64,000 nucleotides of DNA from Malacoraja senta (GCA_038087875.1 CM075997.1:3722001-3786000); one strand, 5' to 3'; shown: positions 27,901-38,206, numbered from the stretch's first letter. Numbers and translations: made by a program. Notes: a model not told the origin generated them from the sequence alone.

Positions 27901-30900
27901 AAAGCCAGCAAAAACCGACACCCCGCGGTCACATGACCGCACCGACCAATGAGGAGGGTTCTGCCCTCTCCACCCCACCACTAGGTGCCGCTACAGGACC
28001 CGCCCCCCCCCCCCCCCAGAACCCGAGGAGAGAAAACAAGCGGGCGTCCGAATGACCCGCCCAGACCGAGTGGAGACGGGGACTGGCACAACTGGTGCCC
28101 CAGGTGGAACAATGCAAATAGGCGGAAAAGGGGAAACAGGCACAACAGATGCAACCGGGGAACAGGGCGCGGCCGGCAGACGACCCCTACGCCGGGGTTG
28201 GGCCACCACCACCGGGCTGTCGACATCCAAATGAGCAGGCTTGAGGCGGGCCACCGACACGATCTCCTCACGAACCCCGACATCCAATACAAAAGTCGCG
28301 ACCCCAGGCAGCAACACCTGGAAAGGCCCCTCTGGAGCGGAGTACGATGCGAGTCCCTGTGAACATAAAACAGTCCTTGAGCACCGGCTGAACATACACC
28401 GGGACGACCCCATGGTGGGAAGTGGCAACGGGAGCCAGGACCCCCACTTTCTCAAGTAGACGCGCCAGCTCAGACGATGCTGGCTCCGGCGACCTCCGAG
28501 CCGCAGGAAGGAAATCCCCAGGCGGTGCACCGTACACCAGCTCCGTGGAAGATGTGTTCAAATCCGCCTTAGGAGCCGTACGGATCCCCAGCAACACCCA
28601 AGGCAATTGGTCCACCCGATCCGGGCAAGTGAGCCGCGCCTTCAACGCCGACTTCAAATGTCTGTGGAAGCGTTCGACCAACCCGTGGGCCTGAGGGTGA
28701 TACGCGGTGGTATGATGCAGCTGTGCACCGTACAGCTGAGCCATGGCCGACCACAAGGCAGAGGTGAACTGGGCAACACGATAGGTAGAAATGTCAGCAG
28801 GCACGCTGAAACGCGCCACCCAGTGGGCCGCGAGAGCCCGGGCACAATTTGCAGCGGAGGTATCGACAGCGGAACAGCTTCAGGCCACCGTGTGAAACGA
28901 TCCACAACCGTGAGCAGGTGAGTGGCATCACGAGACGACGGCAACTGACCCACCAGATCCACATGGATGTGCGCAAACCGGTGGGAAGGAGCCACGAAAT
29001 CCTAAAGCGGCGCACGAACATGCCGCTGGACCTTGGACGTCTGGCAAGGAATGCAGGCCCTGGACCACGCCGCAACCTGCTTACGAAGGCCACGCCACAC
29101 GAACGTGGCCGCCACCAATGCAGAAGTCGCCCGGATGGAAGGTGTGATGTTTGGTGGACTGTGTGGGGTGGGAGGACCCGTTGCTCCTCCCGTGCAGCCG
29201 GTGGCGCTGCACAGGACGGAAGGGTGAGCCAGTCCATGAACAGTCGAAAACTCTCCTCCGCCAAGCAGCCGGAAGGACAGGTCGCGGCCAGCCGGTGGAA
29301 GTATCGCACAGGACAGTCACCCCTCCAGGAACGAACGGCACGTCGGCCAACACCAAACCCGATGCAGCAGTACGATATCCTTGCATCTCGTCACCATCGC
29401 GCTGAGCGGCAGCGAGCGCAGCATAGTTCACCCCCGGAGCGACGGACTGCACAGCGTGGACAGCAGGACGGGACAAAGCATCGGCCGCTTGCCGGTCACG
29501 TGCCGAACATCGGTTGTAAACTCAGAAACGAAAGCCAGGTGCTGCTGCTGCTGAGCAGACCAGGGATCAGACACCTTCGCGAAGACAAATGTGAGAGGTT
29601 TGTGGTCCGTAAACACGGTAAATGTACTACCCTCCAGGAAATACCGGAAATGTTGGACTGCCAAATAAAGAGCCAACAGCTCGCGGTCAGACGCACTGTA
29701 ATTGCGCTCAGGAGGGCACAGGTGCCGGCTGAATAAAGTGAGCGGTTGCCAACGACCACCGATGAACTGTTCGAGGACCCCTCCGACAGCAGCATCAGAA
29801 GCATCCACGGTAAGGGCGGTGGGGGCCAGCAACATGGCCGCCGCTAGCGTCTCCTTGGCACCCTCGAAAGCGGCGTCAGACTCAGCGGTCCCCACGAGAT
29901 CCCGCGGCTTACCGGCCAGGAACAAAGGCCGCATGATCCGAGCCGCCGCCGGCACGAAACGATGGTAAAAGTTCACCATTCCCACAAACTCCTGCTGACT
30001 CTTGGCGGTAAGCGGCCGAGGAAACCTATGAGGTAACGTGGTGCCCCAGGAAGGAGATGGAGCTGAGACCAAACTGGCACTTGGCGACGTTAATGACCAA
30101 CCCGTGATCCCGGAGCCGCTGGAACAGCATGCGGAGGTGCTCACAGTGTTCACGATGAGAACGGCTGGCGACCAGAATGTCATCGAGGTTCACGAAAATA
30201 AAGTTCAAACCGCGAGCAACCAGGTCCATCAGGCGTTGAAAAGCCTGCGCGGCGTTTTTACGTCCAAAAGGCATCCGCAGCCACTCAAACAGGCCAAAGG
30301 GAGTGATGATAGCAGTCTTGGACACATCATCGGGGTGGACAGGAATCTGATGGTGGCCACGCACGAGATCGACCTGGATATGTGGGACTGGGTAGCGATC
30401 GGCAGTTGTGACGTTATTCAGGGGGCGGTAATCCCCATATGGCCACCACCCCCAAGAAGACTTAGGAACCATGTGAAGTGGGGAATCCCAAGGGCTGTCG
30501 GAACGCCGCGTGTCCCCATGTCCTCCTTGCGCTGGAACTCCTCTCGTGCTAAACGTAACTTGTCGGGCGGGAGGCGGTGCGCACGAGCATGCAGCGGAGG
30601 GCCAGCGGTGAGAATATGATGCACCACTCCATGCCAAGGTGCCGCCGAATGGAATCGTGGGGTCAGGATCTCCAGAACTCCGCCTGGATCGGGGCATAGG
30701 CCCTGCCCACATCCGACACAGATCCGAGCTGCGGATCGGGAGAAACCACGGGCCGGGATGCCACAGGCTGGGGGGGGGAGGGGGGGAGGGGGGCCGGAGG
30801 AACGAGGCGCTACGAATAGCGCTGAGAATCGAGGACAAACGAAACAGTCCGAGTCCCGTAGGAGCGAATGGGGCTGCCATTAACGGCGGTCACGATTACC

Positions 30901-33073
30901 AGCACGGGTATCGAGGTCGGTCAAAGACATGATGCTGGATCTCAGCCCCAGAGTCCACGAGGAAACCAAGCCCGGAATTACCTTCTGGGGCACCAGTGAG
31001 ATACTGTCGATGCTCTTTTGAAACAGATTGAGAACTTTGGACTGCAGAGGACAACAGATTGAAGTTGTCCTTGAATACCTCGGCCAGTTGGTCTCCACAG
31101 GTGTTTCTCACTCCAGATACACAGTCTGGGCTGGAAACTCTCTGTAGATTTATCCTGTTGAAGAATGCCCTGGACATCGGCCTCAGAGGCTAAGATCGCA
31201 GAGTCCACCAAAGCGTACATTAACGAGCCCCCCTTGGTCGGGAGGGAGGGGGGCTTGTTACTCTGACACTACACTCTTACCCGAAGGCCTCCACTGTGTC
31301 TCGCACAATGGGGACCCCTCCATGGCTTCCAGGCGCCTTGCCTGCGTTCTGAGGGCAAATGCTCGTGCATCGAAGTGGCGTGCGTCCGCTTTCCACCGCT
31401 GTAGTTTTCAGACTTCAGCTTTAAAAGGTTAAAAAAAAAACACGAGTATTAAAGTTAAGTTTTAAAGTGACCATTGAGAAAAGACAGTGTGGAGATAATT
31501 TACCAGGAGGTTGCCAGGACTGGAGGACTTTAGCTACGAGGGAAGACTTGTTTGGCAGGGATGTTTTCTTTGAACTGGAGGAAAGAGGGGAGGGGGGAAG
31601 GATAGATTTTCCTGAGGTAGATAGAAACATAGAAACATAGAAAATAGGTGCAGGAGTAGGCTATTCGGCCCTTCGAGCCTCCGCCGCCATTCAATATGAT
31701 CATGGCTGATCATCCAACTCAGTATCCTGTACCTGCCTTCTCTCAATACCTCCTGATCCATTTAGCCACAAGGGCCACATCTAACTCCCTCTTAAATATA
31801 GCCAATGAACTGGCCTCAACTACCTTCTGTGGCAGAGAATTCCAGAGATTCACCACTCTGTGTGAAAAATGTTTTTCTCATCTCTGTCCTAAAAGATTTC
31901 CCCTTTATCCTTAAACTGTGACCCCTTGTCCTGGACTTCCCCAACATCGGGAACAATCTTCCTGCATATAGCCTGTCCAACTCCTTAAGAATTTTGTAAG
32001 TTTCTATAAGATCCCCCCTCAATCTTCTAAATTCTAGCGAGTACAAGCCGAGTCTATCCAGTCTTTCTTCATATGAAAGTCCTGATAAGATTACGAGAGG
32101 CCTTTAGAGTTATTCACCATGGTCCAGAGATGTTATGTATTCACTGCCAGAAAGGGTGGAAGATGTATTCTTTTGAGGCCAGCGTGGACATTACAGGTTT
32201 AAAGGCCTCCTTTTATGTCAAGATGATAATTGACGTTTAATTACATAGAAATAGATAATAGGTGCAGGAGGAGGCCATTTGCCATTCGAGCCAGCACCGC
32301 CATTCATTGTGATCATGGCTGATCGTCCACAAATCAATAACCCGTGCCTGCCTTCTCCCCATATCCCTTGATTCCACTAGCCCCTAGAGCTATAGAAACA
32401 TAGAAAATAGGAAAACACTTTCTCACACAAAGGGTGGTGGGTGTATGGAACGAGCTGCCAGAGGAGGTAGTTGAGGCTGGGACTATCGTAGCGTTTAATA
32501 GACATTTAGACAGGTACATGGATAGGGCAGGTTTTAGAGGTATATGGGCCAAAGGCAGGCAGGTGGAACTAGTTTCGATGGGGCATGTTGGTTAACGTGG
32601 GCAAGTTGGGCCGAAGGGCCTGTTTCCACGCTGTATGAGCCTATGACTCTCATCATAACCCCACATTTAGACAGGTACAGGAATAGGGCAGGTTTTAGAG
32701 GTGATATGGGCCAAAGGCAGGCACACAGGACTTGTGTAGATGGGGCATCTTGATCATCGTGGGCAGGTTGGGCCGTAAAAGGGCCTGTTTCCACGCTGTA
32801 TCCTGGCTAAATTATGGTACGTGGCTACTGCAGGTTAAGGAGCCCTGTGTTCTGTGCCGTGACTATGGGGATTGGGGCGGGATGAAGGCCCAGCGGTAGA
32901 GTTGCAGCCTCACAGCGCCAGAGACCCGAGCTCGATCCTGACTACAGCTGCTGTCTGTACGGAGTTTGTACGTTCTCCCCATGACCTGCGTGGGTTTTCT
33001 CCGGGTGCTCTGGTTTCCTCCCACACTCCAAAGACGTGCAGGTTAATTTGCTTCTGTAAATTCTAATTTGCCT

Positions 33074-33114
<41 letters not shown>

Positions 33115-36100
33115 GATGGTGCTAGTGTACTCGGTGATCCAAAGGGCCTGCTTCCATGCTGTGAAGCCCATCTCTAAGGCCTCAAAGTCCTAAATCTTTC
33201 ATTGCTTTTGGGGATCGATGGATTAATGAGGCTCTCTCTCTCTCCCTTTTTGTGCGATCTTGTAGGATCTGGAGAACAATTACACCTGCACCTGTCCTCA
33301 GGGATTCTACGGGAAGAACTGTGAGATCAGCGCCATGACTTGTGCCGACGCGCCTTGCTTCAACGGCGGCTCGTGCAGCGAGAAGCCGCACGGTGGATAC
33401 ACTTGCCGATGCCCGGCTGGTTTCACCGGCTCCAACTGCGAGAAGAAGATCGGCCGTTGTACCAACAACCCCTGCGTAAACGGTAAGTCCAAGTCGCCCC
33501 TTCAACTCTCTCCACCCACCCCCCCCTCTCCCCGTTCCCAGCTTTACCTCTAGCTTCAGCTACAATGGGGGGGGGGACACCTCACTGAAACATACCAAAT
33601 AGTGAAAGTAGACAAATATGCTGGAGAAACTCAGCGGGTGAGGCAGCATCTATGGAGCGAAGGAAATAGGCAACGTTTCGGGTCGAGACCCTTCATCAGA
33701 GTGAATAGTGAAAGGCCTGGATCGAGCGGATGTGCAGAGGATGTTTTCACACTAGTGGGAGAGTCCAGGACCAGAGGACATAGCATCAGAATTAAAGGAC
33801 GTTCCTTTCGGAAGGAGATTTCTTCGGAGGAGGAATTTCTTCGGTCAGAGGGTGGTGAATCTGTGGAGTTCATTGCCACAGAAGGCGGTTGGGGCCAAGT
33901 TAATGGATATGTTTAAGGCAGAGATAGAGAGATTCTGGGTAAATGCGGGTGTCAGGGGTTATGGGGAGGCGGCAGGAGAATGGGGTTAGGAGGGGAAGAT
34001 AGATCAGCCATGATTGAATGGTGGAGCAGAAGTGATGGGCCGAATGGCCTAATTCTGCTCCTATCACTTATGACCTTATGGAACCACTGTAAGATGTCTT
34101 TCGAGGTACAGCGCGGAAACAGGCCCTTCAGCCCATCGAGTCCACACCGACCAGCGATCACCCCGTACACTAGCCCTATCCTACACACACTTCAGACTGC
34201 GGCGATACAGCTTGGAAACAGGCCCTTCAGCCCACCAGGTCTGTGCCGACCATCGATGATCGTACGGGCTGGTGTAGCGTGACTGCTCTAACTCCTTGCT
34301 TCTCCCCGTAGGTGCGTGTTACGTCCTTGGCCGTAGCTTCATCTGCCGCTGTCGGACGGGGTTTGTCGGGACGAGGTGCGAGGTGAACGAGGATGACTGT
34401 GCCAAGGTCCCCTGTGCCAACGGTGGCACTTGCCTGGACGGCATCAACTCCTACACGTGCAGCTGCACCCTGGGCTATGGCGGCAGGGACTGTAGCGTGC
34501 GCAAGGACCCCTGCGCCAGCGGGCCCTGCAGGAACAACGGCGTCTGCTACACCCACTACACCGGGCACGTCTGCAAATGCCCCGCCGGCTTCATGGGGCC
34601 CAACTGCGAGTTCCACGTCAGGCCCACCATCCCCACCGAGGCGGACACCCCCTTCCCCGTGGCCCTGGCCATCTCCGTCGCTCTGGGCTTCGTCACCCTG
34701 ACCCTGGTGGTGTTCGCCGCCGTGGTCTTCCTCAAGTACCTGCGCAGGACCCAAGGTGGCGGCAGGGCCGTGCGCAACGACCTGGAGACCATCAACAACC
34801 TCTCGGACTACCAGAAGGAGAAGGAGGCCTTCATCATCTCCACGGGGCAGTTCAAGGTGTCCAACAAGGATGCAGAGTTCAGCACGGACTGCCTGACCGA
34901 CAAGTTTAACTGTAAACAGAAACTGGATTACAACCTCTCTGGGCATCTGAAAGAGGAGCGGCCTTTGAAAAAGAATCTTGAGAAGTGAGTACCATGCTCG
35001 ACCAGAAACGTCACCCATTCCTTCTTCCAGCACTTTGTGTCTTTTTTTTCCCGGCGAACCAGCATCTGCAGTTCCTTATGTCCAATCCTGACCAACTGGT
35101 TAATTACAAGGTGAAGGGTCTTGACCAGAAACGTCACCCATTCCTTCTCTCCAGAGATGCTGCCGGTCCCGCTGAGTTACTCCAGCACTTTGTGTCTTTT
35201 TTGGGGGGGAAACCAGCATCTGCAGTTCCTTATGTCCAATCCTGACCAACTGATTAACTATTAGGTGAAGGGTCTCGACCAGAAACGTCACCCATTCCTT
35301 CTCTCCAGAGATGCTGCCTGTCCCGCTGAGTTACTCCAGCACTTTGTGTCTTTTTTGGGGGGGAAACCAGCATCTGCAGTTCCTTATGTCCAATCCTGAC
35401 CAACTGATTAACTACAAGGCAGGCAGCAGCTCTGGAGTAAAGGGATGGGTGATGTTTCGGGTCGAGACCCTTCTTCCGAAACATCGCCCATTCTTTCTCT
35501 CCAGAGATGCTGCCTGCCAGTCCCGCTGAGTTACTCCAGCTTTTCGTGTCCTCTATCTTCGGTTTAAACCAGCATCCACAGTTCCTTCCTGCACGTTTAC
35601 AATGCTGATACATTTCTGCCTGCGTGACGTTCTCGGGAAGGGGGCGGAAGGGCGGTTTCCCACACTGGTAGTCAGTGGACGTCTAATAACCCTCCATCTT
35701 CTTTCCCCTCGTAGTAAGAAACCTGAAAGCCAGCAATCGTCCAAGCCTGCGAGTTGTTGTCCAAAGGAGGGGTTGTACCACCCGATGTACATCGTGTCTG
35801 AAAGAGTGGAGCCGTGCATATTTGCAACTGAGGTAAGACTTGGGGCTGGAGTCTAGTACCACAGAGAGAACGGAGATCGATGCAGACAGTAGACCTAATA
35901 GGACTTGTTGTATCAATCCATATGGTAAAGGGCCTGTCCCACTTGGGCAACATCTGCGCATCATTTACGCATCACAACGCGCGATGCCCAGGATTTTAGG
36001 ATGTACAAAATCTTCTGCGTGACGCGCAAATGACGCCCAAGTGGGACAGGCCCTTAAGCTGGCGCTCTTGATATTGATAGTGGAGTCTCGTACCACAGGG

Positions 36101-37203
36101 AGAACAGAGATAGATGTACTCAGACCACTAACAACGGCCTGTTTCCTTTATTATCGTTACTTTTATGCATATCTTTCCTTCATTGTTCTATACCTCTCTA
36201 CATCACCGTCTATATCTCTTCTTTCCCTCTCCCCTGACTCTCAGTGTGAAGAAGGGTCTCGGCCCGAGATGTCACCTATTCCTTTTCTCCAGGAACGCTG
36301 TCTGACTCGCTTAGTTTAGTTTAGAGATCCAGCGTGGAAACAGGCCCTTCGGCCCACCGAGTCCGCGCCGACCAGCGATCCCCGCAAACTATCCCACACA
36401 CACTAGGGACAATTTTTACACTTATACCAAGCCAATTAACCTACAAAAACCTGCACCTCTTTGGAGTGTGGGAGGAAACCGGAGATCTGGGAGAAAACCC
36501 CACGCGGTCACGGGGAGAATGTGCAAACTCTGTATAGACAGCGCACATAGTCGGGATCGAACCCGGGTCTCTGGTGCTGCAAGGCAGCAACTCTACCGCT
36601 GCTCCACCGTGCGGCCACTTTCTTTTACCAATCATTTTAAAAAGTGTGTTTAAGAAGGAACTGCAGATGCTGGAAATTGGAAGGTGGACAAAAATGCTGG
36701 AGAAACTCAGCGTGTGAGGCAGCATCTATGGAGCGAAGGAAATAGGCAACGTTTCGGGCCGAAACCCTTCTTCAGACTGAGGAAGGGTTTCGGCCCGAAG
36801 CGTTGCCTATTTAAAAAGCGTGTGTGTGTGTGTGTGTCCGCCCAGCCTTTTGTTACTCCAGCTTTATGTGCCTGTCGTCGGTTTAAACCAGCATCTGCAG
36901 TTCCTTCTAGATTCAAGATTCAAGAGAGTTTATTGTCATGTGTCCCTGAGAGGAGAACGAAATTCTTGCTTTGCTTCAGCACAACAGAATATAGTAGGCA
37001 TGAATACAGAACAGATCAGTGTCCATATACCATTGTATAAATATGAATAAATAAACTGATAAAGTGCAAATAAACGGATAATGGGCTATTAATGTTCAGA
37101 GTTTTGTCCGAGCCAAGTTTAATAGCCTGATAGCCTTCTAACAGCAAGGATCAGCAATGCAGCAGCTAAATATATCATTGTTTCTTTTCTGTTTCAGGTA
37201 TGA
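447..37203 (+). CDS. dlc: Delta-like Notch ligand, DeltaC/Delta-2 type (DLL3-related clade); 5'-partial spliced gene, 8 coding exons in window
   Basis: Exons 447-504, 859-1115, 2627-2687, 6930-7230, 33266-33482, 34312-34984, 35715-35832 and 37198-37203, all with AG/GT borders and compatible phases except for a 1-nt deficit in 859-1115. They encode the MNNL end, DSL, 8 EGF repeats, TM and an ICD ending IFATEV. The motifs [21 protein letters not shown] and CTLG..G..CS.R.D.C..CYTH match zebrafish DeltaC/Xenopus Delta-2 as I recall them better than DLL1/DLL4. Confidence 0.85.
859..1115 (+). CDS. dlc: Delta DSL exon (…[21 protein letters not shown]…[13 protein letters not shown]…GWKGDYCSE); apparent 1-nt frameshift near 863-871
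   Basis: Long pyrimidine tract, then caacag|AT; donor GAAC|gtaagg; DSL signature in ORF 902..1222. An alternative in-frame acceptor would start the exon at 870. Confidence 0.9.
2627..2687 (+). CDS. dlc: Delta 61-nt exon, EGF1 first half: [20 protein letters not shown]
   Basis: tcacag|CTATTTGC…GAATGCAT|gtgagt; phase 1 in and phase 2 out fit both neighbours. Not shown in the ORF track. Confidence 0.92.
2943..3177 (+). mobile_element. LINE 3'-end fragment (probably Rex1/Babar-type); related copies at ~4636-4940 (-) and ~10955-11097 (-)
   Basis: Three mutually similar copies; the 4636 copy carries a (CATT)n tail. Confidence 0.55.
4940..6250 (+). mobile_element. Old degenerate CR1 LINE fragment
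   Basis: Remnants of [22 protein letters not shown] and the CR1 3' region, with many frameshifts. Confidence 0.7.
6252..6560. mobile_element. PIF/Harbinger-type MITE
   Basis: Long TIR AGGGGCTGTCCCACTGTACGAGCTAATTCAAGAG; TTA TSD on both sides. Confidence 0.85.
6930..7230 (+). CDS. dlc: Delta exon, EGF1 end to EGF4 start ([22 protein letters not shown]…CKNGGSCT)
   Basis: cctag|ATGTCGC acceptor, ACG|gtaagt donor; frame of ORF 6997..7248. Confidence 0.95.
8432..8644. mobile_element. Penelope-like terminal repeat in fold-back (inverted) arrangement with hammerhead-like core; representative of dozens of copies
   Basis: acacaa…tgctggagtaactcagcggg…ggtgacgtttcgggtcgagacccttcttcagac followed by its reverse complement. 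Confidence 0.65.
8792..9070 (-). mobile_element. tRNA-derived V-SINE (HE1-like)
   Basis: tRNA-like head, V-domain and (TAAAC)n tail; similar to the other copies. Confidence 0.8.
10238..10533 (+). mobile_element. tRNA-derived V-SINE (HE1-like), full length
   Basis: A-box/B-box head (ggttcgatccc), V-domain (gagttt..cgttctccccgtg…gggttttctcc), LINE-like 3' end. Confidence 0.85.
12081..12326 (+). mobile_element. V-SINE (HE1-like)
   Basis: Same head, V-domain and 3' part as 10238-10533. Confidence 0.8.
12854..12944. repeat. (CA)n microsatellite
   Basis: Pure CA run of about 90 bp. Confidence 0.95.
14734..15260. mobile_element. PIF/Harbinger-type MITE with internal GTAGGTC-like repeats
   Basis: TIR AGGGGCTGTCCCACTTGGGCG…CGCCCAAGTGGGACAACCCCT; flanks TGA/TTA. 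Confidence 0.8.
16021..16153 (-). mobile_element. 133-bp non-autonomous retroelement (Ingi/Vingi-like) with ribozyme head
   Basis: 11-bp TSD ATCCAATAAAC at 16010-16020 and 16154-16164; 3' end GCCATACGCAAGATGAT resembles Vingi tails. Confidence 0.7.
16100..16153 (-). ncRNA. Minimal HDV-like (CPEB3-type) self-cleaving ribozyme
   Basis: Minus strand GGGGUGG-GA-GAUUGCA-ACC-UUCACGC-GGU-CCACCCU-GU-UUCGA-CUAA-UGCAAUC. P1 is 7 bp with a G1.U wobble, P2 7 bp, P3 3 bp, L3 7 nt, P4 is minimal, and J4/2 carries the catalytic C. Structure predicted by hand. Confidence 0.8.
19777..20075. mobile_element. PIF/Harbinger-type MITE
   Basis: TIR TGGGGCTGTCCCACT…AGTGGGACAGGCCCA; flanks TTA/TCA; inserted in a Penelope-like fold-back. 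Confidence 0.75.
22787..23086 (-). mobile_element. V-SINE (HE1-like)
   Basis: Near full-length reverse copy. Confidence 0.8.
24205..25388 (+). mobile_element. L2 LINE, 5'-truncated, degenerate RT C-terminus
   Basis: [47 protein letters not shown] motifs; AATAAA plus (TAT)n tail. Confidence 0.88.
26957..27382 (-). mobile_element. CR1 LINE 3' end
   Basis: [19 protein letters not shown]…RTRGH; (ATTGTCT)n tail. Confidence 0.85.
27395..27745 (+). mobile_element. CR1 LINE ORF2 fragment
   Basis: LKADKS.G.DGLH.RVLKEVA…[14 protein letters not shown]; interrupted by an LTR at 27746. Confidence 0.85.
27746..30985 (-). mobile_element. Gypsy LTR retrotransposon, 5'-truncated, degenerate pol (PR-RT-RH-IN) with a single 3' LTR (27746-27995)
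   Basis: FLVDSGAE protease; [18 protein letters not shown] and [21 protein letters not shown] and TDHKPL RNase [15 protein letters not shown] integrase; TG…CA LTR preceded by a G-rich PPT. Confidence 0.88.
30986..31250 (-). mobile_element. Rex1/Babar LINE RT N-terminal remnant
   Basis: SEADV.AFFNRIN…SPD…[13 protein letters not shown] motif across frames. Confidence 0.6.
31621..32085 (-). mobile_element. CR1 LINE 3' end
   Basis: [17 protein letters not shown]; (ATGTTTCT)n tail. Confidence 0.85.
33266..33482 (+). CDS. dlc: Delta exon, EGF4 end to EGF6 start ([35 protein letters not shown]…CVN)
   Basis: tgtag|GATCTG acceptor, AACG|gtaagt donor, 217 nt. Confidence 0.95.
34312..34984 (+). CDS. 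dlc: Delta exon, EGF6-8, transmembrane helix and proximal intracellular domain
   Basis: ccgtag|GTGCG acceptor, GAGAA|gtgagt donor. ORF 34296..34988 has EGF repeats, TM ([25 protein letters not shown]) and the ETINNL motif. Confidence 0.95.
34997..35418 (+). repeat. Tandem triplication of a ~154-bp Penelope-derived unit
   Basis: Units start at ~34997 (internally deleted), 35111 and 35265. Confidence 0.8.
35715..35832 (+). CDS. dlc: Delta penultimate exon (…[19 protein letters not shown])
   Basis: ccctcgtag|TAAG acceptor, GAG|gtaaga donor, 118 nt, phase fits the previous exon. Confidence 0.92.
35929..36054. mobile_element. 126-bp PIF/Harbinger-type MITE
   Basis: TIR AGGGCCTGTCCCACTTGGGC; perfect TAA TSD. 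Confidence 0.85.
36311..36616 (-). mobile_element. V-SINE (HE1-like)
   Basis: Full-length reverse copy with (TAAAC)n tail. Confidence 0.8.
37198..37203 (+). CDS. dlc: Delta last coding exon: GTA TGA (Val-stop) completing the PDZ-binding ATEV
   Basis: tttcttttctgtttcag|GTATGA; same Val+stop terminal exon architecture as other vertebrate Delta genes. Confidence 0.9.
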   Translation, partial: V

Positions 37204-38101
37204 ATTCAATCTCCTCACACTTCAAGCAGCTGATGCTTCTCCTGTTTCTGAATGTTTACAGATTTAATGGACTCTAGGGGGTTGTTTTTTTGTATTCCTG
37301 TATTTAATATTTATTCATGCTGCTCGATCTTCTGGGATGGAGAACCTCTTCTGTAGCTGAAGACCGTTGCCGAACCTGGGCTTTTAGGATAATGAAGATT
37401 GCCTGCTGACTCCTCTTTGGAAAGCTGGGAAAAAAAACATTTGCACTATTTTCAAAAGGCACAAAAAACAAAAAAAAACTAAAATGCCTAAACAAAAAAA
37501 TACAAAAACTGCATCCCAAGGACTGAAAACAAGGGCGGAACGGTGGAGGCGGAAAAGGCGGGACCTTTTAAACCGATTGTGAACATGAGTTCTGAACCTG
37601 ATCTATGCTACAGTACTTGGTAATAGACCCCCTTTTTTTATGAAAGTTGCTCTTTCATTATGCAACGAATCTCGAAGGGGCTGTAACTGTGGAATATTGT
37701 CCTGTTCTCTTACTTAAAATGACAGACAATATCAGAGGCTCTCAAGAAGCCAGCCTAGCCATCAGAACAAGAGACACATACAGTATGCGTGTCCAATGTT
37801 ATGAGGCAGGACAGTTTAGTTCAATGCGGAAGTTGATCCAGACTTCAGTAAAACCCATTTGCTTCAGGACACCTTTCCAACTTTGCCTCCCATAGTCTTG
37901 TCTCCATCTCAATATAGTCAACTATGGGCAAAATGCTGTGTGTACTGTATGTCTTATCATGAAGGACTACTTTTTATTAACAAAACATGGCAAATTATTG
38001 CATTTCTGTTTCAAAGTCAAGCCAATGTTATTTTAATATTTTATAATTTAAGAATTTTTGATATGCATACAAAATGAAATATACTTTTTCTAATTTTATT
38101 T

Positions 38102-38121
38102 TGTATATAGTGTATATTTAT
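38102..38121 (+). promoter_or_regulatory. Pumilio response element (TGTATATA) plus AU-rich element (TATTTAT)
   Basis: Exact consensus matches: UGUAHAUA at 38102-38109 and UAUUUAU at 38115-38121. Confidence 0.5.
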
Positions 38122-38200
38122 AAGAGAATTGTACAGATGTTTATCTATTATGTTTTATATGTCTTTCTGTTGAAGAGAAGTTGAAATTTATTTTTTTCCA

Positions 38201-38206
38201 AATAAA
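38201..38206 (+). terminator. Polyadenylation signal AATAAA
   Basis: AATAAA at the end of the AU-rich region, with downstream ggttttttcgtagtttttgg. Confidence 0.7.

Noticed and set aside
34227..35033. 268-aa antisense ORF and other alternative-frame ORFs over Delta exons (also 809-1126 and 6896-7349)
   Set aside because: Shadow ORFs caused by GC3-rich codon usage in the real exons.
34997..35418. CRISPR-like repeat/spacer appearance
   Set aside because: Eukaryotic context, near-identical rather than unique spacers, no cas genes; Penelope-derived.
447..37203. Delta as a pseudogene
   Set aside because: Only one lesion, in a homopolymer context and bypassable by an alternative acceptor; all other exons and splice sites are intact.
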